A stretch of 63,328 bases of DNA, the filler included, from Conidiobolus incongruus B7586 (Eukaryota): NCBI GenBank assembly GCA_000697335.1. It is 11 parts of 11 records of this genome, joined end to end, with 100 filler letters (N's around TTAATTAATTAA, not from the genome) between each part and the next. Parts side by side here need not be neighbours in the genome. Positions count along the whole stretch, not along the records: positions 47,799 to 55,893 come from JNEM01007405.1; positions 55,994 to 61,991 come from JNEM01007406.1; positions 62,092 to 63,328 come from JNEM01007418.1; 8 more parts are not named here. One strand, given 5' to 3'. Shown here one piece after another: positions 53,856-63,328 of the stretch. The notes under the pieces are model-generated. The model saw nothing but the letters and a program-made list of their open reading frames with translations, was not told where the DNA came from and made no database searches. A program made the position numbers and the translations under genes. Numbering within the stretch: position 1 is the stretch's first letter; each line of letters opens with the position of its first letter.

Positions 53856-54443
53856 TTATTTACCAGACTCTTCGCCGTAGCGATCGTATCCACCGCCACC
53901 ACCATTATTATTGTAGCCATACTTACCTCCAGGTGGTCCTGGTGGCCCTGGCGGTCCCGGGGGTCCCGGGGGTCCTGGGGGTCCAGGAGGTCCGGCAGGT
54001 CCAGGAGGTCCAGGAGGTCCGGGAGGTCCTCGTTCTCCAGGGGGACCTGGTGGACCTGGTGGGCCAGCAGGTCCAGGAGGTCCTCGTGGTCCAGGAGGTC
54101 CGTCTTTACCATCTTTACCTGGAGGTCCTCGTGGTCCGGGTTTACCATCTTTACCATCCTTACCATCCTTACCATCCTTACCAGGTGGTCCAGCAGGTCC
54201 AGGTGGTCCAGCAGGTCCCGGGGGTCCTTGGGGTCCTGGAGGTCCGGGTTTGCCACCACCATAACCACCATAACCACCATTACCACCATAACCATTATTA
54301 CCACCACCATAATAATCTGGTTTATGTCTTCCTTTATGATGGCCAGAGGAAAATGCACGATCATCGTTTTCTTCTTCTTGGCAAAAAGCGCCAGAAATCA
54401 AGGAGAAAAGAATAGCTAAAGCAATAGTATTTGGTTTTACCAT
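53856..54443 (-). CDS. Secreted collagen-like protein 1, 195 aa
   Basis: Signal peptide; GGY-rich segment; about 36-37 uninterrupted Gly-X-Y triplets dominated by GPP/GKD; Gly/Tyr-rich C-tail. Confidence 0.92.
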   Translation of the reverse strand: MVKPNTIALAILFSLISGAFCQEEENDDRAFSSGHHKGRHKPDYYGGGNNGYGGNGGYGGYGGGKPGPPGPQGPPGPAGPPGPAGPPGKDGKDGKDGKDGKPGPRGPPGKDGKDGPPGPRGPPGPAGPPGPPGPPGERGPPGPPGPPGPAGPPGPPGPPGPPGPPGPPGPPGGKYGYNNNGGGGGYDRYGEESGK

Positions 54444-54525
54444 CTTATATCTTCTAATACACTAAGTTATTCTCAAGATTATTTTAATAAACACTTTAGG
54501 TTTTTATATTATCACTAAATGTTAA

Positions 54526-54545
54526 AAATTGGAGGCTCAGTTACT
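54526..54545 (-). promoter_or_regulatory. Conserved 20-bp promoter element AGTAACTGAGCCTCCAATTT (contains CCAAT), collagen 1
   Basis: Identical to 60106-60125; 83 bp upstream of ATG, just upstream of a TATA box. Confidence 0.75.
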
Positions 54546-56100
54546 CTCAATATATGAATTTTTTCCAATTACAATAATAATCTTATTTTTCTGAATTATT
54601 ACTATATTTTCTCTATTTGGTAGTTGTTTTACAGTAAATATCGATTAAAAGTAATTTTTAATCTCTTAATTATAATTAAACTGATGTTTTGGAAAATTAT
54701 TTGCAAAGATTTTAATTATAATATAATTTTGAAAACTTTAAAATTTTAAATATTATAATATTATCATATAATTGATATTATGATATTTTATTCTATTTAT
54801 TATTTTCTTAGCAAATCAAAATTTCTGTTTCAATATTATAAAAGTCAAAATCAAATCCCAATATTGTTTTAGAGATACATCATTCAGTCAATGCTACTAT
54901 TGTTCTCAAATAATGAAATTATTATATTATCAAAAACCAAAACCAATCATATTTAAAATCTATAATTCAAAAGTTTATCAATTAATAATTATTACATTTT
55001 TAGTCGAAAAATGTTAAAGAAAAATATCAATATACTGCCACTTAGCATTTATGCTAGCAGAAATTTTTATCAGAAAAGCTCATACAAATGAATTAATTTG
55101 ATGATGAAAATAGATAATTGCCTCCTGTGATCGAAGAGAGATAATCCACATAATCTTTAAGTCACAATTTTACAACTTCCCCAAGAGTCCACCTATGAGC
55201 TCTTGGTTCATAATTGATTATTTTGATAATTATATAATATTCTAAATTGACTGTTTGCTATATATAATTCAGAAATACTGGATTATTGACAAATCTAATT
55301 AGGAAACTATATTTATATTATTAGAGTTTTTAATGACTTTAATATATATGGGAATGAACAACCCATATATTCAAAGTTGCTTGATATTTATCTAAAGTTG
55401 ATATATACAAATTAATCAAATTACATAAGGTGAAATATAATTTGAGAATCTTACCTGTTACTAATTGAAAAAATATTATTCACTATATATTTAAAATATA
55501 TACAAACTATGCTATACTTTTCTAATATTAAAAAACGCTCCCAAACTTGGGAGATTAATTTAAATAATATTAGCAACTATTTATATATTTTATATTTACT
55601 TAATATTGGTATTTGTACAAGTTTAATAAATTTAAAATTGTATATTAATAAATAACAATTATAATATTAATTATAAAATAAAAGTTCTCAATAATTTAAT
55701 AAAAACTATATTTTCATTAAAATATATAAATATAATATATCAATAATAAATAATATTAAAATAATTACGATTATAAAGTAATAAAAATAATAATATATAT
55801 TTTATTTAATTTTATTAATACTATATTTGGAAATATTATCAATATCAATATATTTAACATTTTAGGAAATATTTTGATTATTTATTATAAAAANNNNNNN
55901 NNNNNNNNNNNNNNNNNNNNNNNNNNNNNNNNNNNNNTTAATTAATTAANNNNNNNNNNNNNNNNNNNNNNNNNNNNNNNNNNNNNNNNNNNNTATTTAA
56001 ATTGATAATACAAACAAATATGATCTGATATTTATAAATAAACGTAATAAATTGATTTATTTTATATTATAAGGTTTAATTTAAATTCTAATTTTATATA

Positions 56101-56137
<37 letters not shown>

Positions 56138-56441
56138 CAATTAAAAGTTTAACAAGATTTTTTATAATAATATTGACTTTAATAAATCAAAGAATAGACT
56201 TTTTTAAATATTTATACACCTCAATATATAAATTTATATTTTATATTAAAATTCTTTAGATTGAATATAACAACAAATAATTACTAATTAAAATAATTTA
56301 TTTCAAGTACTCTAATATATATATATTATATTTTGTATTATATCTAATAAAAATCAATATTAATTTATTTTGATTTAATATATAGTTATTTTTTATCATA
56401 TTATTATTTTCCTTACTTAATAATGAATTTCACATGATTTA

Positions 56442-57750
56442 TTACTCTGTATTTTTAATAATGGGAATTTTTTATAATTGAAAATAAATAAATATTTTAA
56501 TAAATAATATATAAAAATAAGTATATAATATAAATTTAATAATATCCTTTATTATTAATAACTTTTTACTATACTTTTAGCAAAGATTTAACACTTAAAA
56601 AACAGTTCTTTTTATTAATGACTGAAATTTGATATTTTACAAACTAGTTAAGTTTTCTTGCAAAAATTTTCTTTCTTGCAAGCTAGTTTTTTAATTGCCT
56701 AAAGCAATTATAATCACATAGATTATAATCTAAAGAGTATATTGAATGTGGTAGTTTTTTCTAATTATTTTTAATTAGAAAGTTTTTTACAGCTTTAGAT
56801 TTATGTATTTTGTAATTATTATACAAAATAATAGGTTTTTTCAAATTATATTGAGAACACCAATTAGAAATACTTTTATTTAAAAAAACAATATAAAGTT
56901 TACTATTAATTGATTTTTCTTCAAGAACTAAATAAAAGTAGCATATACTATTATAATTTATTATATTAATTAATATTTACTTATTAACAAAATATTTATT
57001 TAAAGGTATTTGTAGAGGGGGTTGATTTAACTTAATCTAGCATTTTGATTTGTATTTTAATAATGGATTATAGATAAAGATCAAAGGTTCATTAATTATA
57101 ATTATTTGCTATAAAAGTTTAGGCTTCTAGTAATATTTTAATAAGTTTTGTTTAGCAATAACTACTTTAACTTTTTTTTAAGCTTTAGTTAAATTATAAG
57201 GTATTTATTTTATATTTTTATTTATTAATTTAAGTTTAAACTTTATATATAAAATACTTATAAGACTAATATTAAAGTGCTTAGATAATTCTCTAGCTGA
57301 AATAAAAAGGTGCTTTTTAATTTATTTTTTCACTTTATTAATAATTATAAAAGTAATAGTTAAAGTTGGTTTTTTAGATTTTAATAAGTTTTAGATAATT
57401 TCTCTCTTAGCCTTAAAATAATTTACATAGAAATAAATTGTTGATTTAGATAATACTTTATTACCAAAAGTTACTTGTAAATTTTAAATAATTTTAGAGG
57501 GTTTATGGTTAAGTTTTATTAATACTAAAATAAAAAACTTTTGATAATTACTATTTGGTTTAAATATAATTAAATTAAACAACCAATTTTAAAAAATTAA
57601 TTTTTTAATCAAAAAAATTATTATATATATATATTTTTTAAAAATATATAATTTCCTATTAATTTTATATATATTTATTCATTTCAAACAAATAATATAT
57701 TTGAAAAATCAGAAATTAAAAAATTTCCCATTATCTTAAATTCAAGGTAA
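56442..57750 (-). mobile_element. Full-length decayed mariner (DD34D), 1309 bp, TA target-site duplication
   Basis: TA-TTACTCTGTATTTTTAATAATGGGAATTTTTT ... AAAAATTTCCCATTATCTTAAATTCAAGGTAA-TA; reverse complement of the 40269-41301 transposase. Confidence 0.9.
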
Positions 57751-59463
57751 TATCAAATAAAACTGAATTTTATAATAATATTATATTATATAATCTATTA
57801 TGCTATAATAATGATTCAATCAATCTATTTATAAGATTATATTGTTTAATATATATTATATATATATAAATATGAAAATATTGATAATAACTATTGGATT
57901 AATAGAAATATTAATTTTATTAATATTAAAAATAAATATATTTTTAAATATTTTAAAATGATTAAATAATATTTAATATAATCAAATAAAATATAATAAT
58001 TTTAACTCAAAATACTAGATATATAATCTTTATATATATTTTCAATTAAACCTAATTATTAATCTGAATATATAATAGTTTAAATAAAATAATTATTTAG
58101 ATTTTTTAATTAATATAGAAGATAGTTAAAATATTTAAAATATTACCGATTTTATGTAAATAAATTTTAATATATTCGAAACTTAATAGTATTATCAAAT
58201 ATATATAGTTAAGTAAGCTAATAAAAAATAATATAATATATTTATTTAATAAAATCAATTAAACTCCCAAATACTTAAATAAAAAATAATTATAAATATT
58301 AATATTATCAAATATTTTTTTAATAATAGAAAAAAAATTCATATATTCTAATTAATTTTTATTATTCAAAATTATATAAATAATAATATATAGATTAATT
58401 TAAAAAAAATATAATTTATAAATTTAAAATCTATATAAAACTATAATTTTCTTAAAATTATTATTAGAATCTGAATATGTTTAGAATATATAAATATATT
58501 GAAAGACCAATATATTGTATTTTAATTTTATTGAAAATAATATTAATAACAATAGTATATATATATAAATATCATTAAATATGTTTTTTTATAATATATA
58601 TTTATTATTTATTCAATAAATAAGTTGTTAATTTTTAAGTCAAATCCTGGTTGAAAAGGATTATGAATATTATTGATTTCTGAGTTATCCTGATTTTCTA
58701 TATTTTACAGTCAAATTCTAAATTTTATTCATTAATCATAATTTGATATTTAATTCAATTTAATTCCAATAATACAAATTTATAATGATTTGATTTTGAT
58801 ATATTGCTGAAATATTATATAATTATATAATTAAAGTTAAAAAGAACTTAATATGATATATATTTCATTATTCTTATAATCAAATTAACAATGAGCTATA
58901 TATTTAAAAATATTATTTTCCCTGATAACATCATAATTGATGAATCGACTAAATCAAATATTAAATATATCTATATTCCATATTAAAAGCTAGATTAATA
59001 AATTCCAAAAAAGCATGATTAATTGTTGTAATTAATTATATATCTTATTATATACTATGGAAATTGAAAAAAATATATTATTTAAAGAATAGTTAATGAA
59101 TAAATATTTTTCTATTTTCGGATTCCATATAAGTTATATTGGTATTCAATTAATAATAAAATAATTCATATATTATTATCATTGAAATTGGTAAAATCAA
59201 AATAAGAATCAATAAATAAATTCATAATTTCAAAAGTATAAAATTATATCAATTGTATTTCATTTTTTCTATCTGGGTCTATTTTTTTACAGATAAAACA
59301 AATTATGAAAATATTTGGAAAAAATATTATTGTAATTGGTTTTAGAATCATATTGATTAGAGGAGATAAAATATGAACCAGATACTTTATTACAGTGTTA
59401 TAGGGAATCGTAATTAATTTTGGGAATTGAACTAATTGTACTGATTTAAATAAATCTCTAGCC

Positions 59464-60024
59464 TTAGGATGCATCAGCGTAGGGATCTCCTTCATACGGT
59501 GAACCACCACCGTAAGAGTTGTATCCCCCATAGTTATTGCCATAACCATATTTCTTTCCAGGAGGTCCAGGAGGTCCTTGAGGTCCTTCAGGTCCTTGAG
59601 GACCGGGAGGACCTGGGGGTCCATCCTTTCCAGGAGGACCGGGAGGCCCGGGAGGACCTCGCTCTCCAGCTGGTCCAGGAGGGCCAGGAGGGCCAGCAGG
59701 TCCGGGAGGTCCTGGTGGTCCAGGAGGTCCAGGTTTACCATCTTTACCAGGAGGTCCTTGAGGTCCAGGAGGTCCAGGTTTACCATCTTTGCCATCCTTA
59801 CCAGGTGGTCCAGCAGGTCCAGGTGGACCAGGAGGTCCTTCAGGTCCTTGGGGTCCTGGAGGTCCGGGTTTGCCACCACCATAACCGCCATAACCACCAT
59901 AAGGATTTGGTTTATATCCTCCTCCCTTGCCGGAATCAGGTGTGAAAGCTTCTTCTGCTTGGCCAAGAGCGCCAGAGATCAAAGAGAAAAGAATAGCAAA
60001 CGTAACAGTATTAAATTTAACCAT
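59464..60024 (-). CDS. Secreted collagen-like protein 2, 186 aa
   Basis: Paralogous signal peptide ([21 protein letters not shown]); GGY segment; about 36 Gly-X-Y triplets; Tyr/Gly-rich C-tail. Confidence 0.92.
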   Translation of the reverse strand: MVKFNTVTFAILFSLISGALGQAEEAFTPDSGKGGGYKPNPYGGYGGYGGGKPGPPGPQGPEGPPGPPGPAGPPGKDGKDGKPGPPGPQGPPGKDGKPGPPGPPGPPGPAGPPGPPGPAGERGPPGPPGPPGKDGPPGPPGPQGPEGPQGPPGPPGKKYGYGNNYGGYNSYGGGSPYEGDPYADAS

Positions 60025-60105
60025 AATGTAACTACTGTCAAAGTAGATTATTTTAATAATATACGAAGCTCGATTACTAGCTTTATATATTACTAAGTAT
60101 TATTG

Positions 60106-60125
60106 AAATTGGAGGCTCAGTTACT
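60106..60125 (-). promoter_or_regulatory. Conserved 20-bp promoter element, collagen 2
   Basis: Identical to 54526-54545; 82 bp upstream of ATG. Confidence 0.75.
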
Positions 60126-62091
60126 ATTCAATAATCAATTGATTATTTTTGAATTTTGTTATCAGCCACAAAAATGGTAATCAATTGAATCTCAAGAACA
60201 ATTTGGTGAATTGAAAATTAACACAGTACTCTTGAAAAATAAGTTTTAATTTATTCTAAAATATCCAAATTGTTTCAATTTTTATTAAATATTACTCAGA
60301 ATTTTTTATTATTAAATTTTATATTACTTCAATTGATTCACTTTCTAACTCATAATTGTTAAAAATATTTAATTCTCAGCTCATTTATCAATATTTTTTA
60401 CATATTGTCTATATAAGTTAACATTTTTATAGTTATTTTCCAATAATATTTGGTAGGAATAATATTTCTAATTTTAAATTTATCATATACAGGCGTTTCA
60501 ACAATTGCTTCGTATTTTTGATACAAACATGCTCAGTATTTTCGAAATAAGTAAAATCCTTGATTTCAAATGCCTTACAACTATAGTTTATTGAATTTAT
60601 TCTACTAAATTCAGTTCTTTTATTTTTTTGTTTATTTTGAAATATGTATACTTCATCACGTGAAATAATTTATATAATGTTGATAATAAAACGTTGAAAA
60701 TTCGATAATTACAAATACTATAATATATTTGGCGATAATTATAATTTATTTATTCTATATTAAATGTAATTACAAAAATATTTTTCAAAAATTAATTCAG
60801 TGATCAAGCAGCAATATTAGCATGAATAGTATTTTGATAAACTATAATGAAAGTTTTATATTTTAATAATCCTCATCTAAAAGAAGACTTGAACAAATGC
60901 AAAAAAATGGTTTAAAATTCCAGTCAGTGTTAATTAGCAAATTAGTCATTGTGGATAGTGAATAGTAGCGAAAAACATCATATATAAGAACTCGAAAGAA
61001 CAATTTTTTTGAATAAAAATTTTGATTTATGAAATAAAAAATAAACTATTAACTATAATAAAGAAATAAAGAAAATATATATATATATCAGACAAAACAA
61101 AATTAGTTTTACAAACAAATTTTTTATTGTTGAGAAATTTTGGAAAAAATAATTTCGAACCAAAACGGTTAATGCTAAAAATATTAAATATAGAATATAA
61201 TATTTTAGTATTCAAAAAGCTTTTTATGGTTATAAAAACAAACTATAACATTTATTCAAAAATATACATAACTATTTTTATACAAACAAGGTATATTTCT
61301 CAAAATATTATATTTTTTCTAGCAGCATAATATCATAAAATATATTCTTAATCTGATCTTTTGATCTTTTTTGATTGCATAATATTTTCATTAATTTTTA
61401 TATTAATCAATTACTATAGATAAATATTTTATAATTTTCCTATTAAATTTAATATCGAGTAATAATATCTTGGTAGTTTTGAAAGATTAAAAGTTAAAAT
61501 CAATATATATATATATATATATTGATTTTATAATTAATTAAGTTTTCTTATATAGTATTATTACTTTTCATAATAATTATTAAATATTTCTTACAAGATA
61601 TTATTTATTATTTAAATAATATGTTGAAGTCAATAATCAGTTATTAGAAATATAATTCATCAAATAAAATTAGGTTTTAATTGATAAATTAATATAGTAT
61701 TTTAATATATTTCTTAATTTAAAAATATCATAGAGATACTATAAATGACTATTATTAATATAAATGTAAAAATTTAAATTTTATTAATTTGATATATTAT
61801 TTTTATTTTGTTATAGAAGATATAATATAGGGATTTTAGATTTTAAAATTTTAATATAAAAAAAATAATAAAATAAATTTAAAAATTAATATTTATAGTA
61901 TTAATTTATCTATTAAATATTATTTATAATATATATTATAAATTTCTTAAATAATAGACAAATATTTCTATATTTGCAAAATATTGTAAATNNNNNNNNN
62001 NNNNNNNNNNNNNNNNNNNNNNNNNNNNNNNNNNNTTAATTAATTAANNNNNNNNNNNNNNNNNNNNNNNNNNNNNNNNNNNNNNNNNNNN

Positions 62092-63328
62092 TTGGTGATA
62101 AAAAAAAATTAAAACCTAGTGTATTTACCTTTAGCTTTTCTAACTTCTTTAAGTTTGTGGGGTATAAAATCAACTAACTTCTTATACTAGGAAGGGTTAA
62201 TCTTGTTCTATGCTTCTTGAACATATTCTTAAAGTTGATCTAAATTTTTTACTAGGGGGAAAGCTTTAATAGCTTTTTTTAAGTGATCCCAAAGGTGTTC
62301 AATTAGATTAAAGTTAGGAGATTGAAGAGGCTACTTCATAACTGTTATCTTGTTATTTTTAAGCTATTTGGTAGTAGAAGCTATAGTATAGCAAGAGGCA
62401 TTATCTTGCTAGAAAATAACATTAGATTTGTTTAACCTATACTATTCAATGGTTTTTTTCAATTCATTATTCAAAATACTTTGGTACATCTTAGCATTAA
62501 TTCCCCTATTAACTTTATAAAGATACCTTACACCTGAATACAACATACATCCCTAAATAATAATTAACCTACCACTATACTTTTGGGTAAAATTAACATG
62601 ATAGTCACAAAGTAGTTTTGTATCTTTTCTGAAGCATCTAGCTTTTCTATTAAATTCACTAAGGTATATTTTTGTTTCATCAAACTAAATAACCTTACTC
62701 TAATTAGTTTTAGTTTAACATTAGTGGTGACATTTAAACTCCTGCTTAGTTTTACAGTGGGATTTCTTTAGTTGGGGGTGTTTTTTCTTAAGGTGTGAGT
62801 GGTATCTATGCTAATGTAAAGCATATATAATAATATCAGTGCTAACCAATATTCTTGTATAGTCTCACAATTCCTGTTATATCTCTATAGCAATACCATA
62901 TTTGCTTGTACTAACTAACCTACAGATATACTTCTCATCATATTCATCTATAATCCTAGCACACTTAAGTTTAGGTTTAAATGTTTCTTTATTGCTATTC
63001 TTAACAACCCTAGCTATAGTAGACTAGCTAACACTAGTAATTCTAGCAATATCATAAGTTGATTTACCTTCTTTATAAAGTTAATTGATACACAAGTGGA
63101 TTTTTTTAGAGAGGGATTTAAGTATAATAATACTAATAAAAAAAATTTAGTATATCTGTAAAATATTATATAAAATAATAGCAAAGAGAGAAAAAAGATA
63201 TGGTTATATATTGTTAAATATATCCCCTTATTTCAAAAACCTGCAAATTTATAACTCACCTTGGTTAAATATTAAAGGTTAATATTTTTGCTAATAGTTT
63301 ACTAAATATATCTAAATATATTTATCTA
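62092..63328 (-). mobile_element. Tc1-family copy G, least decayed; transposase pseudogene 63125-62109
   Basis: 339 codons, no frameshift: SKVI*FDETK, I*GCM, VIF*QDNA-34aa-E in K*PLQSPNFNLIEHLWD, KAKGKYTRF = DD34E; about 17 in-frame stops. Confidence 0.95.

Noticed and set aside
53732..54419. Overlapping ORFs (DLLDLL, QEVQEV, TTITTI repeats); likewise 59244-60096
   Set aside because: Alternative-frame and antisense shadows of the collagen codon repeats
60490..60590. TA-CAGGCGTTTCA resembling a Tc1/mariner terminus
   Set aside because: No matching opposite TIR found
61027..61330. Two AT-rich ORFs (similarly 38764-39012, 53481-53846)
   Set aside because: I/F/N/K-rich composition expected by chance in very AT-rich DNA

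Overview
Very AT-rich eukaryotic genomic DNA. Short GT-AG introns and fungal-type HOM6, BUD6, MET22 and COQ7 genes point to an early-diverging fungus, plausibly Conidiobolus/Entomophthorales (inference). Ten artificial 100-bp spacers (44N-TTAATTAATTAA-44N) join the contigs, so adjacency across them is uncertain. Protein genes: homoserine dehydrogenase, Bud6/Aip3, an intact mariner-derived DNA-binding protein lacking the catalytic domain, MET22, a YEATS2-like protein with an Ahc1-type zinc finger, COQ7, a 5-exon universal stress protein missed by the ORF track, a CREG-like protein, a secreted GlpQ-type phosphodiesterase, a Pro-rich probably GPI-anchored protein, and two secreted GPP-rich collagens. 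There are also tRNA-Val(AAC) and tRNA-His(GTG). Between gene islands lie about seven copies of a Tc1 (DD34E, IR/DR) transposon, several DD34D mariner copies and LTR-retrotransposon remnants. The DNA transposons are riddled with C>T/G>A transitions, with CpG loss and TGG>TAG changes (RIP-like). Most notable: (1) a candidate fungal collagen surface-coat module with shared promoter and 3'UTR motifs; (2) a possibly domesticated mariner HTH gene; (3) RIP-like hypermutation outside Dikarya; (4) a putative solo LTR about 10 bp upstream of a tRNA gene.
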